A DNA stretch of 64,000 bases from an uncultured Gemmatimonadales bacterium. Its GTDB lineage: Bacteria; Gemmatimonadota; Gemmatimonadetes; Longimicrobiales; RSA9. How positions within the stretch are numbered: the first letter of the stretch is position 1; each line of letters begins with the position of its first letter. The stretch spans positions 416,001 through 480,000 of the forward strand of contig CAWFKH010000001.1 in the NCBI GenBank assembly GCA_963816355.1, read 5' to 3'. The translations under genes were made by a program, and so were the position numbers. The notes under the pieces are model-generated. The model searched no databases, was not told the DNA's origin, and worked only from the letters and a program-made list of their open reading frames with translations. Below, in pieces: positions 1 to 9,158 of this stretch.

Positions 1-245
1 CGGTGGCGGGCGCCGCCCACTTGGAGACGACATTCACGGGCGCACGCGCGCACGACGACGCGGGCCGCTCCACCGTCGACGCGCGGTCGGCGGCTCCGGG
101 GCTCCCGAACCTCCGCGCGGCGGCGCTCACGTGCGACTTCGAAGGCCACGTCGCCTGGACGTTCGGCTTCGCCGGCCGCGCGCCCTTCCGCGTGCTCGAG
201 CTGCGCGCGCCACCCCGGATCGTCCTCGACGTCCGGCACCCTTGA
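1..245 (+). CDS. 3' end of a gene truncated by the window edge; AMIN-like domain (lipo)protein
   Basis: C-terminus CDFEGHVAWTFG...PFRVLELRAPPRIVLDVRHP resembles AMIN-like domains; stop TGA at 243-245. Confidence 0.6.
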   Translation, partial: VAGAAHLETTFTGARAHDDAGRSTVDARSAAPGLPNLRAAALTCDFEGHVAWTFGFAGRAPFRVLELRAPPRIVLDVRHP

Positions 246-377
246 AAGACCGGAAATTAGGTCGCTGCCCCCGTCAACTATTTCGCAGTGCGCCGTTGCG
301 CCCGCTCCACTGTGGCGCCGCGCCGCCGGCGACCGCCGCGAGCCGGGAATCGCTCGTAGTCGCGGAATACAAGGGAC

Positions 378-406
378 TTGACGCCGTTGCGCGGCTGCCG
401 CACTTT
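378..406 (+). promoter_or_regulatory. Putative sigma70 promoter for the Ig-like surface protein gene
   Basis: TTGACG (378-383), 17-nt spacer, CACTTT (401-406) in an intergenic region. Confidence 0.55.
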
Positions 407-414
407 GAAACCCG

Positions 415-531
415 ACGAGCCGGCAGGGTTTGGCCCGGCTCGTGCCCAGGCCTCCCAAGCCGACACGCCAGCCCGATCTCTTCCCCTGTTGGGGTAAGGG
501 GGGTCGTGTCGGCTGTATCTGCTTGGGAGCC
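415..531 (+). promoter_or_regulatory. Structured 5' leader (two hairpins)
   Basis: ACGAGCCGG(415-423)/CCGGCTCGT(435-443); CTCCCAAGC(452-460)/GCTTGGGAG(521-529) enclosing GCCGACACG(459-467)/CGTGTCGGC(505-513). Confidence 0.55.
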
Positions 532-596
532 TTGCATTGGGGATGGCCGCAGTGGCCGTCCCGAAACCCGCACCCCCCCGAATGAGGAGGAGGAGC

Positions 597-3242
597 ATGA
601 AGTCTCGAACGTCAGGTTTCTGGCGTCTCGTGGCGATCGGCGCGGTCTTGACGGCCGCCGCCTGTCAAAACGAGAAGATCACCGTCCCGACACCGCAGCT
701 CACCGTCTCCGTCGCGCCGCAGAACTCGCAGATCGCGGTCGGCGAGACGGTGCAGATGGTGGCGACGGTGTCGCCGTCGACGGCGTCGCAGTCCGTCACG
801 TGGGCCTCGCAGTCGCAGTCGATCGCGACGGTGAACGCGTCCGGCCTGGTGACCGGCGTCGCCGAGGGCACCGCGGTGATTACGGCTACGGCGAGCGACG
901 GCACGGTGGGCACGGCGTCCGTGCAGGTGAGCGCGGGCGGTTCTTCCACGCAGCCGACGGTCTCGATCATCTCGATCACGAACCCGGTGACGGGCGCGAC
1001 GATCAACCCGACGGCGGTCGGCGGCACCGTTGACGTGAACCTGAACGTCAACATGGAGGCCGGTCAGGTCGGCACGATCAAGCTGTTCATCGGCCAGACG
1101 AACGTCTGCGAGCAGACGGTGAGCGGTGGCGCGTCGGTCGAGTCGACGGAGGCGGTGCAGACGGTGGTCTGCAACGTGAACACCGCCGCCTTCGACGCGG
1201 GCACGCCGCAGGGCACGCCGCACTTCCTCAACGACATGTACGACCTCAACGCCAGCCTGGAGCAGGACGGCCAGCAGGTCGCCAGCGCCAGTGAGCAGAT
1301 CGTCATCTTCAACGCGAACATCGTGGTCGTCTCGATGAGCGCGCCGAACACGGCGACGAACCCGAACACCGGCCTCTCGTGGATCGGCAACGGGGACGTG
1401 ACCGCGACGGCGATGCCGGTCATCTACGGCCCGACGGCCGGCGGCTCCAACGTGGACCGCGTCACCTTCACGCTCAACGCGCCGGCGGGCTCGAACACCG
1501 CCAACGGCACGGCGGGCACGGCGGTGCAGACGGACCTCGACGGGTCGGACGGCTTCTCCGCCGTCTTCCCGAAGAGCAAGACGCTCGCGAGCGGCGGCTC
1601 CGGCAACGTGGAGAACACCAACGCCACGGTGAGCGTCGCGACGATCATCTCGACGTTCAACGGGCCGAACGGCGTCTCGACGTCCGCGCAGCTCGACAAC
1701 GTCGCGCCGGTCGTCACCCTCTTCGACATCACGCCGGCGACGCTCGGCTGCGCCAATCCGGGGGGCTGCTTCGTCAACGGCGCCTTCACCTTCGCCATCC
1801 GCCCCGGCTTCTTCGCGGCGGCTGACGCGGGCGTCGACAACACCACGGCGACCTTCGCGGCCGGTCCGGCCGCCGGCCCGTTCGTGGACGTCACGTCCGG
1901 TGCGGATCTCGCCGAGACCGTCACCCCGACCCTCGTCCTGCGGGCGACCGTGGTCGACGGGCTGGGCAACTCGAAGGTCGTCTTCGCCAGCGCCAACGCG
2001 GCCGTTCCGGCCACGACGGTCGCCGGCTCGCTGGCCTTCGGCATCGACCTGACGAACCCGACCGCCGCCTTCGCGGCCGGTCCGGCGAACAACTCGACGA
2101 ACACCGGCAACTTCACCTGGCAGATCTCCTTCTCGGATGCGGGCGTCGGGCCTTCCGGCTTCGGCGTCAATCCGGTGCAGGTGCGTCTGATGCAGGTGCT
2201 GCCCGGCGGCTCGACCTGCTACCAGCCGGACAACGCGTTCACTGGCACCGTCGTGCCGTGCACGACCGCCGGCGGCGCGGTGAACTACATCGCCGACGAC
2301 GGCACGGTCGCGCTGGACCCGACGGTTCCGGGCACCGGCGACGGCTACTGGGTGATCGAGGCGTTCGTGGTCGATCAGGCCGGGAACGCGAGCACCACGC
2401 TGATGCGCGTGACGCTCAACGACCTGACGGCTCCGGTGGTCGGCGGCATCTCCTCGCCGTCCTCGCTGCCGGGCGGCGCTTCGGCCAGCTTCTCGGCCGC
2501 GATGTCCGACAACGTCGACCTCGGCTCCTTCACGCCGTACTACACGTTCACGACCGGTGACATCATCGAGTACCCGGCCGTCACGCTGGGCACGTACGGC
2601 ACCGACGCCCTGGTCAGCACGGTCACCGGCGTCTTCACGGATCCGTTCTTCCTGAAGAGCCTCGAGAGCACCACCCTGGCCGGACGGGCCAGCACCACGA
2701 CCGAGACGAACAACACGGTCAGCTTCGACGTGTTCGACGTCGCCGGCAACACGATCACGCAGACCACGAACATCAACGGCGCGGTGCTGTTCGCCGATCC
2801 GAACGCGGGCCAGTCGCTCACGCTGACGAACCCGACGGTGTTCGCTCCGGCGAACGCGGCGCACGGTAACTTCCTGCAGCTCGCGCCGACGAACGCGACG
2901 GTCTGCAACGCCGCCAGCGCGGCGGCGTGCACGACGAATCCGACGACCACGACTCTGTCGGCCACCATGACGGGTCCGAACGCGACGTTCGCGAATCCGT
3001 TCGTGGCGGTGAACTTCTACTACGCCTCGGGTGGTCGCTTCCACCTGATCGGCGCCGGCACGGCGGCCGCGACGGACAACACCGTCACGAGCACGCGCAC
3101 GTGGACGTACACGGTCACGTCCTGGGATCCGCCGGCGAGCCTCGGTACGGCCGCTGCGATTCCGGTGGTCGCGATCGGGATCACGTCGGGCGGCAAGGGC
3201 CTCGTGTCCAACGCCCAGAACGTGCAGATGGCCGCCAACTGA
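597..3242 (+). CDS. Large secreted lipoprotein with N-terminal Big_2 Ig-like domain and further Ig-like beta-rich repeats; candidate S-layer/major surface protein
   Basis: SD GAGGAGGAGGAG before ATG 597; signal peptide ending TAAA-C (lipobox-like); Big_2 pattern (VTWAS..IATVNASGLVTGVAEGTAVITATASDG); T/A/G/V/N-rich, few charged residues; strong codon bias. Confidence 0.8.
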   Translation: MKSRTSGFWRLVAIGAVLTAAACQNEKITVPTPQLTVSVAPQNSQIAVGETVQMVATVSPSTASQSVTWASQSQSIATVNASGLVTGVAEGTAVITATASDGTVGTASVQVSAGGSSTQPTVSIISITNPVTGATINPTAVGGTVDVNLNVNMEAGQVGTIKLFIGQTNVCEQTVSGGASVESTEAVQTVVCNVNTAAFDAGTPQGTPHFLNDMYDLNASLEQDGQQVASASEQIVIFNANIVVVSMSAPNTATNPNTGLSWIGNGDVTATAMPVIYGPTAGGSNVDRVTFTLNAPAGSNTANGTAGTAVQTDLDGSDGFSAVFPKSKTLASGGSGNVENTNATVSVATIISTFNGPNGVSTSAQLDNVAPVVTLFDITPATLGCANPGGCFVNGAFTFAIRPGFFAAADAGVDNTTATFAAGPAAGPFVDVTSGADLAETVTPTLVLRATVVDGLGNSKVVFASANAAVPATTVAGSLAFGIDLTNPTAAFAAGPANNSTNTGNFTWQISFSDAGVGPSGFGVNPVQVRLMQVLPGGSTCYQPDNAFTGTVVPCTTAGGAVNYIADDGTVALDPTVPGTGDGYWVIEAFVVDQAGNASTTLMRVTLNDLTAPVVGGISSPSSLPGGASASFSAAMSDNVDLGSFTPYYTFTTGDIIEYPAVTLGTYGTDALVSTVTGVFTDPFFLKSLESTTLAGRASTTTETNNTVSFDVFDVAGNTITQTTNINGAVLFADPNAGQSLTLTNPTVFAPANAAHGNFLQLAPTNATVCNAASAAACTTNPTTTTLSATMTGPNATFANPFVAVNFYYASGGRFHLIGAGTAAATDNTVTSTRTWTYTVTSWDPPASLGTAAAIPVVAIGITSGGKGLVSNAQNVQMAAN

Positions 3243-3283
3243 GGGCCTGACGCTTCAACCCCTTCCTCCGGGAAGGGAAGGAG

Positions 3284-3321
3284 AGGGCTCCACCCCGCGA
3301 GGGGTGGGGCCCTTTTCGTTT
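3284..3321 (+). terminator. Intrinsic terminator
   Basis: Stem AGGGCTCCACCCC / GGGGTGGGGCCCT with GCGA tetraloop, then TTTCGTTT. Confidence 0.85.
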
Positions 3322-3338
3322 GGCGGCCGGTGCTGCGG

Positions 3339-3995
3339 TCAGGGAAGAAGGGCGAGGAGCTCGGTGGGGGATGCGAGCACGGTGGCCCGGACGGCCGCGG
3401 CGGCTTCCTGGAGCGGGGGACGGTGTTCGGGGGGACGGGACCAGAGGACAGCGACGGGGTGGACGCCGGCGGCGGCGGCGGCTTCGAGGTCGCCGCGGGT
3501 GTCGCCCACGTAGATGGCGTCGGAGGCCGGGAGGCCGAGCGCCGCGAGCGCGGCGTGGATGCCGCGGGGGCTGGGTTTCGGCTCGTCGACGTCGTCGTCG
3601 AAGACGAGCGCGTCGAAGCCGTCGAGGTCGGCGAAGGCGCGGGTGATGCGCCAGGCGCGGCGGCTCTTGCCGGTCACGATGGCGGTGCGGAGGCCGGCGC
3701 GGCGCAGGCCCGCGAGCGCGTCGGCGACGCCGGGGAAGAGGCCGCCGAAGAGGGTGGGGTGCAGCGCCTCGTAGTGGCGGAAGAAGCCGTCGAGGCAGTC
3801 GTCGAGGCGATCCGGGTCGGGCAGCAGCGCGGCGAGGAAGCGGGTCTCGGAGGTGGGGCGGGCGGCGAAGATCTCCTCGTCCGCGATGCGGCGGCCGAGG
3901 AACGGCTCGAGCGCGCAGCGATACGCTTCGAGGTAGAGGGCGCGCGAGTCGACGAGGGTGCCGTCGAGGTCGAAGAGCGCCGCGCGCAGGCTCAC
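3339..3995 (-). CDS. HAD-superfamily hydrolase (Gph/PpaX-like)
   Basis: Motifs FDLDGT, IVTGK, KPSP, YVGDT..D; GTG start overlaps the upstream TGA. Confidence 0.85.
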   Translation of the reverse strand: MSLRAALFDLDGTLVDSRALYLEAYRCALEPFLGRRIADEEIFAARPTSETRFLAALLPDPDRLDDCLDGFFRHYEALHPTLFGGLFPGVADALAGLRRAGLRTAIVTGKSRRAWRITRAFADLDGFDALVFDDDVDEPKPSPRGIHAALAALGLPASDAIYVGDTRGDLEAAAAAGVHPVAVLWSRPPEHRPPLQEAAAAVRATVLASPTELLALLP

Positions 3996-4543
3996 GCGCC
4001 GAGCGCTCCGTCCTCCTCGTCGAAGCCGCCTTCGCCGTCCTCGCCGTCGTCGAAGCCGTCGCCATTGCCGTCGTAGCCGACGCCGTCGTCGTAGCCGACG
4101 CGGTCGCCGAAGCCGCCATCGTCGCCGCCATCGTCGTCGCCGGGCAGCGCCTCTCCCACTTCGACGAGGAGGGGGACCTCCGCCTTCAGGTCGTTGTCGA
4201 TGAAGACGGCGAAGAGGTACTCGCCGCCCACGGTGAGCCGAAGGTTGTTGATGGTGAGGATCTCGCTGGTGGCGACGGTGTCGATGGGGCCGCCGCCGCG
4301 CGGGACGAATTCGCCGTCGAGCTGGAGGACCCGTCCGCCGTCCGGGTCGTGAAGCCGGATCTCGATGCTGTGGGGGCGGTCGCGCTCGACGGCGTGCGCC
4401 TCGACGCGCAGGATGAACTGCATCTGCGGATGCAGCGCCGGGAGCGCGGGTACGCGGATCCGATCGAAGATGCCGAGGATGTTGAGCTTGCCCTCGGCGG
4501 TGATGTTCGCGCAGTCGGCGATCATCGCGAGCTTGACCTGCAT
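3992..4543 (-). CDS. Conserved hypothetical protein (DUF6941-like) with acidic low-complexity tail
   Basis: MQVKLAMIADCANITAEGKLNILGIFDRI...; SD-like GAGAGG upstream; DDG-repeat C-terminus. Confidence 0.7.
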   Translation of the reverse strand: MQVKLAMIADCANITAEGKLNILGIFDRIRVPALPALHPQMQFILRVEAHAVERDRPHSIEIRLHDPDGGRVLQLDGEFVPRGGGPIDTVATSEILTINNLRLTVGGEYLFAVFIDNDLKAEVPLLVEVGEALPGDDDGGDDGGFGDRVGYDDGVGYDGNGDGFDDGEDGEGGFDEEDGALGA

Positions 4544-4723
4544 CGGACCTCTCTGTCGTGGGCTTCGTCGCGCGCGGCGCGGGCGGCCGCCGGAATGCGA
4601 GGTACTCCGATCGCGGCTCCAAGTTCGCGGCGCGGCCGGCTCGCGGCCAGGGGCGCGAAACCCGCGGCCATGGCGCAGGGTACGGTGGTACGGCTGGATC
4701 ACACTCCCCCGAAGCGGCCGTGC

Positions 4724-5437
4724 ATGAAGGAGATCTCCCCCCGCAAGACCGAGCGCTTCGACCGGCGCTTCCGCCGGGCGCTGCGGGCGGGGCTGCTGCT
4801 GTCGCTCCTCCTGCACGCCGGCCTCTTCCTGCTCTGGCGCGGCACGCGGCTGCCGCGCTCCCCCTTCTCCGCGGCCGGCCCCCAGGCGGGCGACGACCGC
4901 GCGGCGGCGGGCGGCGGCATGCGCGCCGTGAAGTTGGCGGTCGTCGCGCCCGCGGCGGCGGCGAAGCCTCCTCGCCCGGTCCCGGTCCCGGACGCGGTGG
5001 CGGAGCCGAAACCGGAGCCGCAGCCGCAGCCGCAGATCAGCGTGGCGTCGGCGCCGGCGGCGGTGAACGCGGTGGTCGGCACGCTCGGCTCCGGCGACGC
5101 AGCGAGGCGCGGGCCGGGGCGTGCGGACGGGACCGGCCAGGGCGCGGGCGGGACGGAAGCGGAGGGCCGCTTCCGCGTCGTGCCGCCCTCCCCGCGCGGG
5201 CTGATCCTGCCGCCGCCCGACCGGCCGAAGAGCGTGCGAGGCAAGGAGATCGCGGTATGGGTGTTCGTCTCCGCGGCCGGCGACGTCGTGTCGGACTCGA
5301 CGCGGCTGGACCCGACGACCGGCAACCGCGGCTTCGACAACCGCCTCAGGGATCTCGCCGCCGAGTGGGTCTTCGAGCCGGCGCGCCGCGACGGACGCGC
5401 GGTGGCGGAGTGGTTCCGCTACGTTCTGGTGATGTGA
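4724..5437 (+). CDS. TonB-like energy transducer / TonB C-terminal domain protein
   Basis: N-terminal TM with SLLLH motif, Pro-rich PKPEPQPQP linker, C-terminal WVFEPARRDGRAVAEW. Confidence 0.7.
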   Translation: MKEISPRKTERFDRRFRRALRAGLLLSLLLHAGLFLLWRGTRLPRSPFSAAGPQAGDDRAAAGGGMRAVKLAVVAPAAAAKPPRPVPVPDAVAEPKPEPQPQPQISVASAPAAVNAVVGTLGSGDAARRGPGRADGTGQGAGGTEAEGRFRVVPPSPRGLILPPPDRPKSVRGKEIAVWVFVSAAGDVVSDSTRLDPTTGNRGFDNRLRDLAAEWVFEPARRDGRAVAEWFRYVLVM

Positions 5438-6243
5438 GCTTGCCCCTGAAACCGACCATCGTCGCGCTGCCGGCCGGCTTTCACATCGAGCCCGTCGACG
5501 GCGCGCTGGTGCTGGCGCGCGCCGACGTCGCGGCCGCCGCGTGCGGCGCGGTCGCCGCGGCCGGCACGCTCTTCGCCGCGGCGCTGCGCGCGCCCGATCA
5601 CGCGCGGATCGACTCGGGCAGGGGCGCGCTGGCGGTGGCGGCGTTCGCGGGCGCGCGGTGGGTGGTGCGGCACGCGCGGCGCGGCGGCGCGGTCGCCCGG
5701 CTGCTGCGGGACCGCTACCTTCGCGCGGGCGAGCCGCGGCCGTTCCGGGAGCTGGCGCTGAGCCGGCGCCTCGCGGCGCGCGGCGTGCCCACGCCGGAGG
5801 TGGTGGCGGCTGTGGTGTACGACGCCGGCCCGTGGTTCGTCCGGGGCGACGTCGCGACGCTGCTCGTGCCGGATTCCGTGGACCTCGCGGCGATCGTGTT
5901 CGGCGCCGAGGCGGAGGCGGGCGGCGCGGCCCGCCGCGGCGAGGCGTGGGCGGCGGCCGCGTGCGAAGCGGCGGGCGCGCTGGTGCGCCGCGCTCACGAG
6001 GAGGGGCTGGTGCACCCGGACCTGAACGTGCGCAACATCCTGATCCAGGCGGAGCCGTCGCCGCGCGCGCTGCTGCTCGACCTCGACGGGTGCGCGCTGC
6101 GCGCGCGCCTTTCCGGCGGTGAGCGCGGGCGCATGCTGCGGCGATTCGAGCGGTCGTGGCGCAAGCACGAGCGGCGCGCGGGGCGGCCGCGCGAGGCCGA
6201 GCTCGCGGCGTTCCGGCGCGGCTACGGGCGGGCGGCGTCGTGA
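5434..6243 (+). CDS. Lipopolysaccharide kinase (KdkA/InaA family; Kdo kinase-like)
   Basis: VVRHARRGG, RPFREL, GVPTPEV, HPDLNVRNIL, LLDLD; GTGA overlap with the upstream stop. Confidence 0.8.
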   Translation: MSLPLKPTIVALPAGFHIEPVDGALVLARADVAAAACGAVAAAGTLFAAALRAPDHARIDSGRGALAVAAFAGARWVVRHARRGGAVARLLRDRYLRAGEPRPFRELALSRRLAARGVPTPEVVAAVVYDAGPWFVRGDVATLLVPDSVDLAAIVFGAEAEAGGAARRGEAWAAAACEAAGALVRRAHEEGLVHPDLNVRNILIQAEPSPRALLLDLDGCALRARLSGGERGRMLRRFERSWRKHERRAGRPREAELAAFRRGYGRAAS

Positions 6244-6292
6244 GGGGCGGCGGGCGCGAGCGATTTCCGGAGCGGCGCGGGCGGGATCGCTC

Positions 6293-7351
6293 GTGAGGGA
6301 CGGCTGGGGCGAGGAGGGGCCGCGCGAGATCTGCATCGTCATGCTGAGCGCGCTGGGCGACGCGGTGCACGTGCTGCCGGTCGTGAACGCGCTGAAGCGG
6401 CGCTGGCCGGCGTCGCGCATCACGTGGGTGATCCAGCCGCTGCCGCGCGCGCTGGTGCGCGGCCACCCCGCGGTCGACGAGTTCGTCCTCTTCGAACGGC
6501 GGCGTGGCGTGGCGGCGTGGCGGTCGTTCGCGGAGACGACGCGGCGGCTGCGGCGCCGTCGCTACGACCTGCTGCTCTCGCTGCAGGTCTACTTCAAGGC
6601 GGGCGTGCTGGTCGCGCTCGCGGACGCCGACGTCAAGCTGGGCTTCGACCGCGACCGCGCCCGCGACCTGAACTGGCTGTTCACGAACGAGCGCATCGCG
6701 GCGCGGCCCGCGCAGCACGTCCAGGACCAGTACTTCGAGTTCCTCCGCCATCTGGGCGTGGCGCCGGAGCCGCTCGAGTGGGGGCTGCGGCTGGAGCCGG
6801 AGGAGCGCGAGGCGCAGCGCGCGTTCTTCGAGCGGCTCGACCGGCCCGCGTGCGCCGTCGTCGTCGGTACGAGCAAGCCGGAGAAGAACTGGGCGCCGGA
6901 GCGCTACGCCCGCGCGCTGGAGGCGATCGAGGCGGACTACGGCCTGCGTCCGATGATCGTCGGCGGCCCCTCGCCGGTGGAGCGGCGCGCGGCGCACGAC
7001 GTCCTGCGCATGACGCGCGCGCGGGTGGTCGACGCGCGCGGCGACGGCGTGCGGCGGCTGCTCTGGCTGCTCGACGGCAGCGCCGTCGTGGTGAGTCCGG
7101 ACACCGGTCCGCTGCACATCGCGCGCGCGCTGGAGCGGCCGGTCGTGGGACTCTACGGCTACACGAACCCGAAGCGCTACGGGCCGTATCGGAAGTACGA
7201 GGACCTCGTGGTGGACGGCTACGCGCGCGAGCCGGGCGAGGTGTACGGCCCGAGCGCCGAGTACCGGCCGGAGGGGATGCGGCGGGTCCGTGTCGAGGAG
7301 GTGGCCGCGAAGGTGGGGCTGGCGCTGGTGCGCTACGGGCGGGCGACGTAG
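6293..7351 (+). CDS. GT9 glycosyltransferase (LPS heptosyltransferase-like)
   Basis: LSALGDAVH, KNW, DTGPLHIA motifs; start uncertain. Confidence 0.85.
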   Translation: MRDGWGEEGPREICIVMLSALGDAVHVLPVVNALKRRWPASRITWVIQPLPRALVRGHPAVDEFVLFERRRGVAAWRSFAETTRRLRRRRYDLLLSLQVYFKAGVLVALADADVKLGFDRDRARDLNWLFTNERIAARPAQHVQDQYFEFLRHLGVAPEPLEWGLRLEPEEREAQRAFFERLDRPACAVVVGTSKPEKNWAPERYARALEAIEADYGLRPMIVGGPSPVERRAAHDVLRMTRARVVDARGDGVRRLLWLLDGSAVVVSPDTGPLHIARALERPVVGLYGYTNPKRYGPYRKYEDLVVDGYAREPGEVYGPSAEYRPEGMRRVRVEEVAAKVGLALVRYGRAT

Positions 7352-7478
7352 CGCGGCGCGCGCAGCAGGACCGGCGCCCGAGGCCCGAGGCGGGGGAGCG
7401 AACGCCCGGGGCCCCGCTGAACCGCGGCGGGCGCGCGGGGGTATCCCCATCTTTCCTCCAACCCCGGACGGTGTGCGG

Positions 7479-9152
7479 TTGGCGACCAGGCAGACAGCGG
7501 CGAAGCGGATCCTCTGGGTCGACGACGAGGTGGAGCTGTTCGAGCCCCACCTCTTCTTTCTCCGCCAGCGGGGGTACCGCGTGGACACGACGCCGAACGG
7601 CGACGACGCGCTGGAGATGCTGGGCCGGGAGACGTACGACCTGGTGCTGCTGGACGAGCAGATGCCGGGGCGCCGCGGCCTCGAGGTGCTGGCGGAGCTG
7701 CGTCGCCAGGACCCGCACGCGCGCGTGGTGATGGTGACCAAGTCGGAGGAGGACCGCACGCTGCTGGAGGCGGTCGGGCGGCGGGTGGACGACTACCTGG
7801 TGAAGCCGGCCACGCCGCGCCAGGTCCTTTCAGTGGTGACGCGGCTGCTCGAGGGCTCGCAGCTCCAGCAGCAGCAGGCGGCGCGGGACTTCGCGCGGCG
7901 CTACCCTTCGCTGCTGCGGGCGAAGGACGAGGCGGTCGGCTGGCGCGACTTCGCGGCGCTCCACTCGGAGCTGGTGAACTGGGACATCCGGCTGCGAACG
8001 GCCGGCGAGGTGGGTCTGGCGGAGTCGGTTTCGGAGGTGGCGACCGACCTGCGTCGCGAGTTCGGCGCGTTCGTCTCACGGCGCTACGGCGGCTGGACGG
8101 CGGCGGCGGTGGCGGAGCGCGACGAGCGCGCGGCGGGCGGCGGCGCGCGAGCCGTGCGGCCGGCGCCGCGGCCGCGGCCGGCGCGCGAGGCGGGCGCGGC
8201 GGAGCCGGCGTCGGACCGGCCGCCGCTGTCGACGGACGTCGTCGAGCGCAGCCTGCTGCCGCTGATGGAGCCGGGCGACCCGGTGATCTTCATGATCATC
8301 GACTGCATGAGGCTCGACCAGTGGCGGGTGCTGCAGCCGCTGCTCGCCGGGTCGTTCGACATCGAGGAGGAGCTCTACTACGGGATCCTGCCGTCGGCGA
8401 CGCCGTACGCGCGCAACGCGCTCTTCAGCGGCCTCTTTCCGGACGCGATCGCGAAGCGGCGGCCGGACTGGTGGGAGACGGAGGAGACGAGCCTGAACGC
8501 GTTCGAGGACGACCTCTTCCGCGAGCAGCTCCGCCGCCTCACCGGCCGCGACGTGCCGGTCCACTACGAGAAGGTGTTCAGCGACGCGGCGGCGGACGAC
8601 CTGGTGGGGCGCGTGCGCGGCGCGGTGCGCGGCCGCGGCGGCGTCGTCGCGCTCGTCTTCAACTTCGTGGACATGCTGACGCACGGCCGCAGCGAGTCGG
8701 CGATCCTGATGGAGGTGGCGCGCGACGTGCCTGCGCTGCGCGCGCTGACGCGCCAGTGGTTCGAGCGCTCGGCGGCGTACCGGATCCTGAAGGAGGCGGC
8801 CGCGTCCGGCATCCGCGTCGTGCTGACGACGGACCACGGCTCGATCCACTGCGAGCGGCCGGTCACCGTCTATGCCGGCCGCGACGCGACGAGCAACCTG
8901 CGCTACAAGTTCGGCATGGACCTGCGCGCGGAGACGCCGAGCGCCGTCTTCGCGGTGAGCGACGAATCGGTGCTGCGCTTCCCGCCGGGGCGGCTGGCGA
9001 CGAACTACGTGATCGCGCTCGAGGACCACTTCTTCGTCTATCCGACGAAGCTGCGCGAGTACCAGGCCCGCTACCGCGGCAGCTTCCTGCACGGCGGCAT
9101 CAGCCCCGAGGAGCTGATCCTGCCGATCGCCACCCTGACGCCGCGCGGCTGA
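7479..9152 (+). CDS. Receiver domain + PglZ/alkaline-phosphatase-fold protein (PorX-like)
   Basis: REC ILWVDDE..LLDEQMP..MVTKS..YLVKP; PglZ motifs IDCMR, PSATPYARN, FVDMLTH, TTDHG, HGG; start (TTG) uncertain. Confidence 0.85.
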   Translation: MATRQTAAKRILWVDDEVELFEPHLFFLRQRGYRVDTTPNGDDALEMLGRETYDLVLLDEQMPGRRGLEVLAELRRQDPHARVVMVTKSEEDRTLLEAVGRRVDDYLVKPATPRQVLSVVTRLLEGSQLQQQQAARDFARRYPSLLRAKDEAVGWRDFAALHSELVNWDIRLRTAGEVGLAESVSEVATDLRREFGAFVSRRYGGWTAAAVAERDERAAGGGARAVRPAPRPRPAREAGAAEPASDRPPLSTDVVERSLLPLMEPGDPVIFMIIDCMRLDQWRVLQPLLAGSFDIEEELYYGILPSATPYARNALFSGLFPDAIAKRRPDWWETEETSLNAFEDDLFREQLRRLTGRDVPVHYEKVFSDAAADDLVGRVRGAVRGRGGVVALVFNFVDMLTHGRSESAILMEVARDVPALRALTRQWFERSAAYRILKEAAASGIRVVLTTDHGSIHCERPVTVYAGRDATSNLRYKFGMDLRAETPSAVFAVSDESVLRFPPGRLATNYVIALEDHFFVYPTKLREYQARYRGSFLHGGISPEELILPIATLTPRG

Positions 9153-9158
9153 GCGGCG

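Noticed and set aside
612..3044. 810-aa antisense ORF, and similar long ORFs such as 8076-10616, 19960-22329, 33581-36745, 36754-39777, 49035-52694
   Set aside because: Shadow ORFs opposite well-supported genes; expected from high GC3 codon bias; Arg/Ala/Gly-rich with no motifs.
3992..7759. 1255-aa minus-strand ORF
   Set aside because: Only the last 183 aa (from ATG 4543) look like a real protein; the rest is antisense to LPS genes.
7479..9152. BREX anti-phage system suggested by the PglZ domain
   Set aside because: Receiver-fused PorX architecture and no brxC/pglX/brxL neighbours.
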